Shown in pieces: positions 38,824-48,374 of a stretch of DNA of 64,000 nucleotides. Where the stretch lies: IMG/VR virus record IMGVR_UViG_3300002835_000001, positions 32,001 through 96,000 of that record; one strand, written 5' to 3'. Within the stretch, counting starts at the first letter, position 1; each line of letters begins with the position of its first letter. The DNA is from a virus. Lineage: Duplodnaviria; Caudoviricetes. Both the position numbers and the translations under genes were made by a program. The notes under the pieces were generated by a model. The model was not told where the DNA came from, did not search any database, and saw only the letters and a program-made list of their open reading frames with translations.

Positions 38824-39873
38824 TTAAATTAATGTTTTGTTAGTGTTATCTACAAACTCATATAGGTTATGAAATAGATTTTGATTTTTCCATATTTTAT
38901 TTAATTCTTTTTTAAATAAATGATGTTCAGGATGTTCGATATCCCATACTTGCTTTAATTTAAATTCACCTTCAGAGAATGTACCCCAATTAGTTATCTT
39001 ACCAAAGAATACGTTTACCTTTTTACCAAAAATAGAATACATCAGGTTATAAAATTCTTTCATTTCCATATAATTAGAATCTTGTACAACGAAGGATGTT
39101 TTCACATTTATTGGTAGAGTGCTTATGAATCTAAGATTACTTAATAAGTTCCCCCAATTACCCCCTAATCTTGTTTTATTTTCATAAGTGTCCTTTGTAC
39201 CCGCATCTATACTAATTTCACAAGTATGTACAAACTTATGAACATTTGGCATACTATCCCACATTTCTTTATTCCACATTGATGCATTTGTGTGAAGGTG
39301 TATAGATTTTAAATTTGGATATTTTTTGGGATTAAAATTTCTTAAATAATTTCTAAACCCAACCGACACAAAAGGATCTCCAGAACCTGTAATGTATAAT
39401 GTTTTTACGTATTGTGAAAAGTAATTATCAATATCTTCAATTGTCTTTTCTACTCGTTTTATACCTTTACTGTCTTCAACAATTAAATCTACCCTACATG
39501 ATGGACATTTGTAATTACAAGTCCTATCAAAATTCATTACCAAATAATCGGGTGTATTATTTGTTACAATCGGACTATTAATGTTTGAATCTGATTTTAA
39601 AGTAACAGGTCCTGATGTTACTCCGTAATTTACTAATTTACTTAAATAGGGACAAAGTTCTTTATTACAATACTTAAATGAACCATCTAATATAGAATTT
39701 CTAATATCAATAATTGGTTCGCTATTATAAACATCTTTTAATGGGATTTCACCAAGTTCTACTTTATTGGGTAACCAAGATGGACAGCACACAAAACAAA
39801 CATTGTTATGTATTTCTAACGATGTAAATGGTACACTACAAAAATAATTTTTTAAATCAATCTTATTACTCAT
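38824..39873 (-). CDS. radical SAM protein with N-terminal SPASM/Twitch-like Cys cluster
   Basis: FCSVPF..CC; RTCNYKCPSC; ITGSGDPF; HTN. Confidence 0.85.
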   Translation of the reverse strand: MSNKIDLKNYFCSVPFTSLEIHNNVCFVCCPSWLPNKVELGEIPLKDVYNSEPIIDIRNSILDGSFKYCNKELCPYLSKLVNYGVTSGPVTLKSDSNINSPIVTNNTPDYLVMNFDRTCNYKCPSCRVDLIVEDSKGIKRVEKTIEDIDNYFSQYVKTLYITGSGDPFVSVGFRNYLRNFNPKKYPNLKSIHLHTNASMWNKEMWDSMPNVHKFVHTCEISIDAGTKDTYENKTRLGGNWGNLLSNLRFISTLPINVKTSFVVQDSNYMEMKEFYNLMYSIFGKKVNVFFGKITNWGTFSEGEFKLKQVWDIEHPEHHLFKKELNKIWKNQNLFHNLYEFVDNTNKTLI

Positions 39874-41043
39874 TTAAATTAAAGTTTTAGGGATTGTTAG
39901 GTTTTCAACTTCATGGATTTTATTTAAAAAAAACTCGTTATATATTTTTTTTCTGTGTTGAAAATTAAAATATAATTCTTGGTTAAATCTACATATATCT
40001 AATACTTTGGGGGCGTCATAGATACTAGCCAGTTCTTCAGCGCTGTTTATAACTTGTGTTATTTTATCTTTACCTAACATCTCATCATAATCCTCATTAA
40101 TCACAGAATTAAATGTCTTGAATCCCATATCTCTTAAGGTTTTAAGATAGTGTTTAGATGGTGAATATATAACAAATGGGACACCTAAATAAATTGCTTT
40201 CCAGGTTTTTTCCGTCAGATGAATTGAATTTGAATATAACATTGTTTCCAATATAATATTAACTTTACTTTTATAATACCATTTGGGATTTATGGTGTAA
40301 AGATACTTTTCCATAACTAAATCAGCGCCATACATTACATCATCTTCTAACTGAATAGGGTTAAAGTTATCTACATCTATGTTTAATTCATTAAGTAATT
40401 CTTTATTTAATAGATTTTTATTTGTGCTATTTTTTACCCAGGAAAATCTAGTGTCATTTAACAACCCCATATGATATAACCTCTCAATTAATTTATATTT
40501 TTCATAACTCATTCTTCTATTTAAACATAAGAATTTTTTATCAGGTATAGTGTTAGGGTTTAATTCAGTTACATATGAATTTAAATGCTCATAGGTAGAT
40601 AAAAAGAAATTAGGAAAAAAACAGGTGTTTAATATAAAATTTCCATATTTTGTTTTACCCATACCAATTTTAGATGAATCGTTATTTACAATTATTAATC
40701 TGTTAAAATCAATTTTATTTTTTTTTAACAGATTAAAAAAATTCAAGGATAACTTATCCACCCAAAGTTCGGCTTCCCCGGAATTATTACACATAAAATA
40801 GAAATTTTCAGATTGTAATTTAATTAGTAACTCAATAAATTCACTAGAATGAGTATGCGCTATGTTTGGGTTATCGGAATTAGTCCATTCGGTTTCTAAC
40901 AAAAAAAATAAAAAATTTAATTTTGTGACATCTACCTTATCGGTGTGGATATTTTTAAATAAGATGTCACTATCTATTTTTTCGATTGAATTTCTAATAT
41001 TTGTATTTGGTAAGATATCACTATACCAAAATTGAATTTCCAT
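39874..41043 (-). CDS. hypothetical protein, possibly glycosyltransferase-like
   Basis: KKFLCLNRR; IILET..HLTEKTWK..PFVI..LRDMGFKTF..INEDYD. Confidence 0.55.
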   Translation of the reverse strand: MEIQFWYSDILPNTNIRNSIEKIDSDILFKNIHTDKVDVTKLNFLFFLLETEWTNSDNPNIAHTHSSEFIELLIKLQSENFYFMCNNSGEAELWVDKLSLNFFNLLKKNKIDFNRLIIVNNDSSKIGMGKTKYGNFILNTCFFPNFFLSTYEHLNSYVTELNPNTIPDKKFLCLNRRMSYEKYKLIERLYHMGLLNDTRFSWVKNSTNKNLLNKELLNELNIDVDNFNPIQLEDDVMYGADLVMEKYLYTINPKWYYKSKVNIILETMLYSNSIHLTEKTWKAIYLGVPFVIYSPSKHYLKTLRDMGFKTFNSVINEDYDEMLGKDKITQVINSAEELASIYDAPKVLDICRFNQELYFNFQHRKKIYNEFFLNKIHEVENLTIPKTLI

Positions 41044-41774
41044 TACAATAATGTTTTAGTTGTTTTTCTTTGGTCAAATTCTTTATAAAGATTATCATAT
41101 TTCTGTTTAAAATTATCATCGTTCTCCATTACTGAATTAAAATGTTTACTTGAATTTATTTTTTCCATTTTAAAATCTCTATTTAGTTTTTTTGACACCC
41201 AATTTTCTAATTCCATTAAATTATCAATATCAAACCAAATAATATTTGGATTGTCATTTGTGAGTTCAACTACTGGTGTAAATAATATATCTAACATATT
41301 TTTAGTATAGGGTTCTTTTTTTGAAATTTTTAACTTAGTTAAAAAATTATCAATAACTTTAGACCTATTTTCCAAATTATAAATGTCATTTGATGTGATA
41401 TTATCAAACATATCATTAGTTGTTAACTTTGAAAATTTATCAGCAATATCAAATTTATTTTTTCTGTATAATTCATCTATAATGTGTTTCCATAAAGATA
41501 AAAATCTATCATAATTGTTTCTTCTTATTGAAATAATTTGATTGTTTACACCAAATTTTTCTTGTAATATATATAATGATTCATGTGCGTGTGCTAAACT
41601 ATCCGCCAATTCTTCATTATTCATTTTTTCCCATTCATTTATTTTAATCAACTGATTATCAAGGTTTGAATTGAAATGTTCTATTGGTATCTTGTTTTTT
41701 AGACACGTAATCATAAATGATGTTGAAGCACATCTTGGTAAACTTATAAAAATAAATTTTTTATCTATTAACAT
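41043..41774 (-). CDS. sulfotransferase-like protein
   Basis: FIFISLPRCASTS (5'-PSB-like); RNNYDRFLSLW (3'-PB-like). Confidence 0.65.
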   Translation of the reverse strand: MLIDKKFIFISLPRCASTSFMITCLKNKIPIEHFNSNLDNQLIKINEWEKMNNEELADSLAHAHESLYILQEKFGVNNQIISIRRNNYDRFLSLWKHIIDELYRKNKFDIADKFSKLTTNDMFDNITSNDIYNLENRSKVIDNFLTKLKISKKEPYTKNMLDILFTPVVELTNDNPNIIWFDIDNLMELENWVSKKLNRDFKMEKINSSKHFNSVMENDDNFKQKYDNLYKEFDQRKTTKTLL

Positions 41775-42454
41775 TATATTAAATGATTTCCCTTTTCAAA
41801 TCTCTTTTCAAAATTTTCCCAAATGAATGATTTTAATTCGTCATTTACAATTATCTTATTTGGTCGTTTGGATGTTTTATTTGTGTGATTTATAATTAAT
41901 CTTTCTCCAAATCTATCTTCTATAAAATCTATAAATTTATCAATTTCACTAATGTCAAATTCGTAGGTACATTTTTTATTAGATTTGTAAAATCTTTGAG
42001 AGAGTAGAGTGTCAACCGCACCTCGAATTGGTAATTTACATTCAAAATTTTCTTTTACCAGTTTAAACCAGCATTTCCTAAATCCATCATAATCATTACT
42101 CACCAAATGTAAATTATTTAAAAAATCGGTATCAAATGTTTTATAGATATATTCATTATCAACATCCTCCCAATTACGAATTGCATTATATTCGCTTTCA
42201 AATTCTATATTATCCCAAATAAAATTTAAGGCACTTAACCATCTAAATAACCAATTACGAGTTATACAAACAGTTTCTTTATTACCCCATTGTTCTAAAC
42301 ATCGATTTAAAGGCGCATGATGGTGAGATGTTTTATCATTCTCATCAATTAATTCTAAATTTAATTTTGAGTTTCGTAATGAACTTTCAATGGAGTAACT
42401 AGCGCACTTTGGAATTGAAACCCAAATAAGTTCATTATTAATTAAATGAGACAT
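41774..42454 (-). CDS. sulfotransferase-like protein
   Basis: IWVSIPKCASYS; RNWLFRWLSA; HTNKT. Confidence 0.65.
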   Translation of the reverse strand: MSHLINNELIWVSIPKCASYSIESSLRNSKLNLELIDENDKTSHHHAPLNRCLEQWGNKETVCITRNWLFRWLSALNFIWDNIEFESEYNAIRNWEDVDNEYIYKTFDTDFLNNLHLVSNDYDGFRKCWFKLVKENFECKLPIRGAVDTLLSQRFYKSNKKCTYEFDISEIDKFIDFIEDRFGERLIINHTNKTSKRPNKIIVNDELKSFIWENFEKRFEKGNHLI

Positions 42455-42456
42455 TT

Positions 42457-42759
42457 TTATATAATTGTTTTAGTTGATTTAAACCCTTTTAAATATTCAT
42501 CTTCAACTTGTTTCCACTTTCCTAACGGACACGATCCCTTTTTATCTAAATATGTTTTGGGTGTGTATACTTTACCTTTTAATGGACAACCACATTCTCC
42601 ACATTTTAATGACCATTCTTTATTTTTATTTTTAAAAAATTCTTGTTTAGATGGACATTCTAAACAAATATCAAACCTACTATCTGCTAAGTTTTTTAAT
42701 TCATTAGAGTGTATAAGTGTATTGTACCACGCGATTGAAATTTCTTTGAAATCTATCAT
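42457..42759 (-). CDS. Cys-rich small protein (DUF6171-like)
   Basis: RFDICLECP..CGECGCPL..CPLGKW. Confidence 0.6.
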   Translation of the reverse strand: MIDFKEISIAWYNTLIHSNELKNLADSRFDICLECPSKQEFFKNKNKEWSLKCGECGCPLKGKVYTPKTYLDKKGSCPLGKWKQVEDEYLKGFKSTKTII

Positions 42760-42760
42760 A

Positions 42761-43333
42761 TTATAAGAGTGTTTTTTTGTAACTACTTTTTTCTTTTATT
42801 GCAACCCAATTAACTAATGTATATCTATTACCATTTTTAACACCAGTTACTCTGTGTTCAATATCTGATAAAAAAACGATAGTGTTACCTATTCCCTTTT
42901 CTACTTTCATTATTGAACCATCGGATAATTTTAATTCTAAATCACCTTCTTCATATTCATCATTTAGTTGTATAACTAAAGAACAATATCTTTCGTGTTG
43001 TGTAACTTCTTTTCCTGTAATATCTTTATGCCAAACAAAAAAATCACCATCTTTATATTCTGTGAATTGAAATTGACTATTTTTGTAATCTAAATCGAAT
43101 CCTTTTATGGTGATATTTTCATCTAATAATTTAGATATTTTTTCTAATATAAATGGAAATTTTTGATAATATGGATAAAACACCACATTTGATTTTCTGG
43201 TATCATAAGTTGGGGAATCATAACCAATAGTTTTTGCTGGATTTAGTATTAAATTTTCTAATGTGAAATTTAGAACTAAATTACATTCTTCTTTTGTTAA
43301 TAAATTTGATATAGATTTATATGTAAACGACAT
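42761..43333 (-). CDS. 2OG-Fe(II) oxygenase (prolyl-hydroxylase-like)
   Basis: QFTEY..FFVWHKD; IQLND.YEEGDL; EHRVTGV..GNRYTLV.W. Confidence 0.88.
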   Translation of the reverse strand: MSFTYKSISNLLTKEECNLVLNFTLENLILNPAKTIGYDSPTYDTRKSNVVFYPYYQKFPFILEKISKLLDENITIKGFDLDYKNSQFQFTEYKDGDFFVWHKDITGKEVTQHERYCSLVIQLNDEYEEGDLELKLSDGSIMKVEKGIGNTIVFLSDIEHRVTGVKNGNRYTLVNWVAIKEKSSYKKTLL

Positions 43334-43339
43334 AACTTT

Positions 43340-43870
43340 TTATATTAATGATTTTGTTTTTTTTGTTATATAGTTAACCGGCATCCAATGTAGAAAAAAT
43401 TGTAATACTCTTTGGGTTTCGTCGCATTCTAAAGGATTTCTCCAATGAACGTTTTTATCGGCATCAAATAATAATATTCCGTCGCCTATATTTGTGTGAT
43501 GTGAGTATTCTTCACCACCTATTTTAGCAAATAACGGCCATTCTTTGTTTATTGTTGACTCTAAACATATGGACATTGTTACACTTATATCTGTTCTATC
43601 TATATGTTTTGTTAAAAATGCACTATTGAAATACTCTCTGACATATGTGTTTACATTATCTAAATGTTCGATTTCATTATTGAATTCTAATACTTTTGGT
43701 TTTAGAATATCTAAATATTTATCAAAATTATATGAAGGTCTAAACCCAAAGGAAGCATTGGTATCTACTACTTTATCACCAGAAGCGTGATTTATCTTTT
43801 CAATATCAAATTGTTTAGATAAAAATACACATTCCTTCTTTGAAAGAATATTTGGAATGAAGTAAATCAT
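43340..43870 (-). CDS. 2OG-Fe(II) oxygenase-like protein
   Basis: R.Y..LTKHIDR..ISVT; GDGILF..HWR; QFFLHW. Confidence 0.8.
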   Translation of the reverse strand: MIYFIPNILSKKECVFLSKQFDIEKINHASGDKVVDTNASFGFRPSYNFDKYLDILKPKVLEFNNEIEHLDNVNTYVREYFNSAFLTKHIDRTDISVTMSICLESTINKEWPLFAKIGGEEYSHHTNIGDGILLFDADKNVHWRNPLECDETQRVLQFFLHWMPVNYITKKTKSLI

Positions 43871-43888
43871 AACCTATTATTTTTAGAA

Positions 43889-43978
43889 TTAACTATTTGC
43901 TGTTACAATTAAATTACCAATGGTAGTTAAAGTTGTGTTCAGTACGTTGATTTCTGTGTTTGTTATTATAGTTGCCAT
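43889..43978 (-). CDS. 29-aa Thr/Asn/Ile-rich peptide, not in ORF track
   Basis: manual translation MATIITNTEINVLNTTLTTIGNLIVTANS; fills the gap between the Hint protein and the oxygenase. Confidence 0.5.
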   Translation of the reverse strand: MATIITNTEINVLNTTLTTIGNLIVTANS

Positions 43979-44002
43979 ATTATTTTAATTTTTATTATTT
44001 TA

Positions 44003-45502
44003 TTAACTCCAACATATTCCTTGATAACCATTACATGTTGGACCCCATTGAGGACCACTACAATATGGTTCGTTTTTTGGACAAGTCGGACAAGTGCCCC
44101 CCCAACAACATCCCACTGGACAACCAGGTCCATTATGTTCAATCGAAACAAACGATTCATTATTTGTTGATGTGGTCTTAGTTAAAAATAAGTGTGTTCT
44201 TTCTACTGAAATAAACCAACCGGTAAATACTTTTTTAATTTGTGTAACAGATACTACTGTTTTTCTAACAAAATCCATTAACCCATCCGTTGTGTTTAAC
44301 AATAAAACCGCATCTCCAGATACCACATCAAATAAATTTTCAAATTGAACTTCATTATTTCTTTCAATCAAATACGAAGAAACTCCAGTATCCTCCCAAG
44401 TACTATTATCGTCAAAAGTTAATTGATAAAAATATGATAATTTATTAACTCTTTTTAATGCATTAATTTTGTTTGTTGAATATGTTGTACCACTTAGTAA
44501 TGTTTCATACGTTATTCCAAAATTTGCGGTATAGGATGCATTATCTGTACCATTTGGATTTGGTATATCAATTGTTTTAATTAAATCATCAACATTTAAA
44601 TCTAATGCGGTTTTAAATGTGCCGTCAGCCATTTCTACTAAATCAGTATCTAACAGTTTTGGTAACCAGTTACTATTTACAGAAGTTGTATAACTATCTC
44701 TATATTCTGAATTTATCTCATAAGTTTCTGAGTTATATTCTACATCAGTAAAAAATATATTTTCATTTAATTTAGTATATTGTCCTATATGAATTGATTG
44801 TAACGTCGGTGGGTATAATATGTTTAAACTTCTAACTACCTTTATGTGACCTTCGTAACTATTAGTGGTGTTACAGTAGTTTTCCATTAAAAAATATTCA
44901 GATGTAACATTTTCTAAAACCACATCTAATTCTTCTTGTGTTGTTACTTTATAAAATTTAGGATAAACCTCTTTATCATAGCCAGGATACCTTGATTTTA
45001 GAATAAAATTAGGGTGTACACCATTATCTGTTATTGTTGTTATAGTATTAATTAAAGTGTTGTTTTCATCTATGTAAGCAAATTGTGAACCGAACGATTG
45101 GGATTGGATAAGTTTCATAAATTCAACCTTATCTCTACAATAGGTATCATCTACCAACGCAGTTGTATCATATGCACTTCTGATAATTAATGTTTCATCA
45201 TTATCCTCTATAACTGGGATAGTAATCGACAAACCACCGATTGCGTGGTATTCATATGTAACGGAACTTCCTGTGTAGTGTGTTTCTAATGTTTTATGAA
45301 AATATTGAATATCCCCAACGTAATGTATATTTTGGAAATTATTATCAGTAACAAATTGGTATAAATTTGTTAAATCCAAACAATCCACATCATCTTCAAC
45401 TTTGGATGCGTTATCCCAACCAACTGCGGTGTTTATTTCGATGGGTTTTAAATTACCATCCTGATCGTACATAAAGTCCGAACCTATTAATACTGTTCTC
45501 AT
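44003..45502 (-). CDS. ATP-grasp-like domain + Hint domain + C-terminal Cys-rich peptide
   Basis: DFMYD.DGNLKPIEIN and FILKSRYP (ATP-grasp-like); LLDTDLVEMADGTFK..DLNVDD (Hint block A), FISVERTHLF (block F), IEHN (block G); 42-aa tail with 8 Cys. Confidence 0.7.
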   Translation of the reverse strand: MRTVLIGSDFMYDQDGNLKPIEINTAVGWDNASKVEDDVDCLDLTNLYQFVTDNNFQNIHYVGDIQYFHKTLETHYTGSSVTYEYHAIGGLSITIPVIEDNDETLIIRSAYDTTALVDDTYCRDKVEFMKLIQSQSFGSQFAYIDENNTLINTITTITDNGVHPNFILKSRYPGYDKEVYPKFYKVTTQEELDVVLENVTSEYFLMENYCNTTNSYEGHIKVVRSLNILYPPTLQSIHIGQYTKLNENIFFTDVEYNSETYEINSEYRDSYTTSVNSNWLPKLLDTDLVEMADGTFKTALDLNVDDLIKTIDIPNPNGTDNASYTANFGITYETLLSGTTYSTNKINALKRVNKLSYFYQLTFDDNSTWEDTGVSSYLIERNNEVQFENLFDVVSGDAVLLLNTTDGLMDFVRKTVVSVTQIKKVFTGWFISVERTHLFLTKTTSTNNESFVSIEHNGPGCPVGCCWGGTCPTCPKNEPYCSGPQWGPTCNGYQGICWS

Positions 45503-45528
45503 ATTTTCCTTATTTTATATATAAATAC

Positions 45529-45744
45529 TTATTTTTTATCTTTTACCCCAAACTTTATCCATCTATACCAAATCCTTTCATGTAGGTAATATTGAATAGG
45601 TTTGTATACCAATTCAGCCACGCCAAAAGTCACACCAATCTTAATTGAACCGCTTACCCACCACATTATAACAAATCCAATAAGGGTACTTACAATTCTA
45701 TATGAAATGGTTTTGGCTATGTGTCTTTTTCTTTCTACTATCAT
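45529..45744 (-). CDS. DUF2061 family small membrane protein
   Basis: RHIAKTISYRIVST..YYLHERIW. Confidence 0.85.
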   Translation of the reverse strand: MIVERKRHIAKTISYRIVSTLIGFVIMWWVSGSIKIGVTFGVAELVYKPIQYYLHERIWYRWIKFGVKDKK

Positions 45745-46124
45745 TATCCCTTTGTTTGATCATATTTAATTTCACCATCAGGTGTCATGTGACCAGTCCT
45801 AATGGCCGTTCCACTAATCGTCGATATCTCAGCTGGTGGTTCATGGTATATTACATCATAACCAACCCCTCTACCATAATTGATGCTATCAATATCTGGA
45901 ATAATAGATATTTGAATCTTCTGTGAATTTTCTCTAAAGAATGGTTCTTCACTTAGATCCATCATAACTTGCTGTGCTGTCTTGGGGTTATTTTCATCTG
46001 TGGGTACGTTCCGAATTGCAACCCACACATCTTTTCCTTTATCTAATTGTTGGTTAATAAGCCATTCGTGGCCCTTATGCCAATTTTGCCAACGTCCCAC
46101 ATACATTGCGTATTTTTTACTCAT
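45744..46124 (-). CDS. cytidylyltransferase-like (HxGH) nucleotidyltransferase
   Basis: GRWQNWHKGH; YGRGVGY; ISGTAIR. Confidence 0.8.
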   Translation of the reverse strand: MSKKYAMYVGRWQNWHKGHEWLINQQLDKGKDVWVAIRNVPTDENNPKTAQQVMMDLSEEPFFRENSQKIQISIIPDIDSINYGRGVGYDVIYHEPPAEISTISGTAIRTGHMTPDGEIKYDQTKG

Positions 46125-46555
46125 AATGATAATTTTTTTAACAGTTCATAATATGAATCTGTTTCGTTTTTTATTGTTGTGTCTATATCTATAAAATTTT
46201 CTAATGGTGGTTCATATTCCTCAACGTGGAATTGATTCCTACCCCTATCCTCTGTGGTGTGTACATAAATCTCAACAACCGATGTGCTGAATTTAAACGC
46301 CTCTCTTTGGTCTCTATATGGTGAAACTAGGGATACAATAACATTGTGCCCCTTACTATGCATGAATTGTGCGATGTATTGTGCTCTTTGAATATTTAAT
46401 CTTCTTCCTGTAATGGAATAGTCTTTATTCTTAAAGATGTCTCTTAGGTCATCCCCATCTATGTGGGTAACCTCATCTTTGGGGAAATGTTCCACCAAGT
46501 ATTTTGCCAAGGTTGTTTTTCCTGCTCCGGGTTGTCCTGTTAGCCAATATATCAT
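46121..46555 (-). CDS. cysC: adenylyl-sulfate (APS) kinase
   Basis: WLTGQPGAGKTTLA; IDGDDLR; VSLVSPY..RE; YE.P. Confidence 0.88.
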   Translation of the reverse strand: MIYWLTGQPGAGKTTLAKYLVEHFPKDEVTHIDGDDLRDIFKNKDYSITGRRLNIQRAQYIAQFMHSKGHNVIVSLVSPYRDQREAFKFSTSVVEIYVHTTEDRGRNQFHVEEYEPPLENFIDIDTTIKNETDSYYELLKKLSL

Positions 46556-46591
46556 ATTACTAATATAGTTAAAATTATTTGAAAAATCAAA

Positions 46592-46705
46592 TTAATGATT
46601 GTAAATAAATGGGTCTCTTTTACGTAATTCTTCTAATTTCTTCTTAAAACGTTTTTTACGTTTATAATCCTCAATTTTTGATTTAATCCATTTAAGTATA
46701 TTCAT
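46592..46705 (-). CDS. small basic protein (37 aa), not in ORF track
   Basis: manual translation MNILKWIKSKIEDYKRKKRFKKKLEELRKRDPFIYNH; directly downstream of the carbamoyltransferase. Confidence 0.6.
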   Translation of the reverse strand: MNILKWIKSKIEDYKRKKRFKKKLEELRKRDPFIYNH

Positions 46706-46709
46706 AGTT

Positions 46710-48374
46710 TTATTTATATATTAAATAATTACCAATAACTAATAAATCAATATCGGTATTAAAAAAGGTATACATTGCGTCTTTTGGTGTTAAGACCATA
46801 GTTTTATCTTTAATATTAAAAGACGTATTCAATAATATTGGATAACCAGAACACTTCTCAAACTCCATTAATAAGTCATAAACTAACATATGTTTGTATA
46901 CTGTTTGTATTCTTGCACTTCCGTCTACATGTGTAATTGAAGGTAGTTTATCTTTAAATTCTGGTTTTACCTGAACAATTTGATTCATATAAGGTACATC
47001 ATCAGTAACATCAAAAAAAACATGTTGTTTATCTTTTATAACCATTGGTGCAAATGGTCTAAACTCTTCTCTTTTTTTTACCAATCTATTAATTCTGTCT
47101 TTCATTTCTATTTTAGTTGGGTCAGCTAATATTGACCTATTACCCAATGCCCTTGCCCCAAATTCCATAGAACCTTGAAACCAACCAACTACTTTACCTT
47201 CGTTTAATTTTTTTGCAATATTTCTTACTAATGTTTCCTTAGACATAAATTTATAATACCGATTCCCTTTAATAGCTTCAAGTATTTGGTTCTCGTGAAA
47301 GTATGGGCCAATAAATGGGTTCTTATTAATTCTTTCTTTAAATTTATTGTTATTTATTAAATAATTAATACAAGCTCCTATTGCTGAACCAGCGTCAGAT
47401 GGGGCGGGTGGTATCCACAGATTATTGAAATGGCTATTTCTCACTATCTTACCGTTAGCGGTCCCATTATACGCACAACCCCCTCCTAATGATAAATTTC
47501 GATTATCATTTATCATATAAATCGATTTTAAGACCTCGAAAAGTATTTCCTCATATCTTTTCTGTACTGAGGCTGCTAAGTCTTTATAATGAGGTTCTAT
47601 CCCCCTTTCAGGATCCCTTGGTTCTATCTCCAGTAATTCAATTAACTTCTCATTAAACATTAACTTGTCAGATGTATTCCATGTGAATATGTCCATGTTA
47701 CAAGTTAGTTTACTATTCTTATAGTTAATTAATTTTCTAACTTTATCAATGTAAACATCTGGATTACCATAAGGTGCCAATCCCATTACCTTATATTCTC
47801 CTTCATTTGGCCTAAACCCTAAGAATGATGTCATTGCAGAATAAAATAAACCAATAGAGTGGGGGTATTCCGCCATTGATATTTTACTTATACCTTTTTT
47901 ATCTGCCAACGCCATGGACATTGTTTCATATTCACCAACACCATCTATGGATAAACAAATACCATTATCGAAATTTGAACTATAAAAAGAATAGTAGAGG
48001 TGAGAATCGTGATGGTTAGAATAAAATACCTTGTTACCATATTTTGGTAACAATTTATTTAAATTCCATATATTTTTTTTAATTTTAAAATATGATTTAA
48101 TTGAGTATATTGGATTAGTAAATAATTGACCTTTTATATTATTGATAACCCTCTTTAACTTTAATTTAGGGTTCTCGTAATAACAAATAGCCTCAACCTT
48201 ATCTTTGGTTAGTTTGTATTTTTTGTACACATAGTTTAATGAGTTAATTGGGAAAGAACTATCGTGTTTTATTCCTGTAAATTTTTCTTCTTCACAAGCG
48301 TAAACTAATTGTCCGTTTTTAAATAAACAAACGGATGAATCATGATAATATGCTGATATTCCTATTATATACAT
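46710..48374 (-). CDS. carbamoyltransferase (NodU/CmcH family)
   Basis: HDSS; EEKFTGIKH; HHDSH; IDGVGE; EGEYKVMGLAPYG; DAGSAIG; EFGARALGNRSILADP; RPFAP; VDGSARIQ; LLNTSFN. Confidence 0.95.
   Translation of the reverse strand: MYIIGISAYYHDSSVCLFKNGQLVYACEEEKFTGIKHDSSFPINSLNYVYKKYKLTKDKVEAICYYENPKLKLKRVINNIKGQLFTNPIYSIKSYFKIKKNIWNLNKLLPKYGNKVFYSNHHDSHLYYSFYSSNFDNGICLSIDGVGEYETMSMALADKKGISKISMAEYPHSIGLFYSAMTSFLGFRPNEGEYKVMGLAPYGNPDVYIDKVRKLINYKNSKLTCNMDIFTWNTSDKLMFNEKLIELLEIEPRDPERGIEPHYKDLAASVQKRYEEILFEVLKSIYMINDNRNLSLGGGCAYNGTANGKIVRNSHFNNLWIPPAPSDAGSAIGACINYLINNNKFKERINKNPFIGPYFHENQILEAIKGNRYYKFMSKETLVRNIAKKLNEGKVVGWFQGSMEFGARALGNRSILADPTKIEMKDRINRLVKKREEFRPFAPMVIKDKQHVFFDVTDDVPYMNQIVQVKPEFKDKLPSITHVDGSARIQTVYKHMLVYDLLMEFEKCSGYPILLNTSFNIKDKTMVLTPKDAMYTFFNTDIDLLVIGNYLIYK

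Noticed and set aside
44132-44659. Canonical splicing intein
   Set aside because: No N-terminal Cys/Ser, block B His absent, Gly at +1 and no homing endonuclease; treated as a cleavage-only Hint domain instead.
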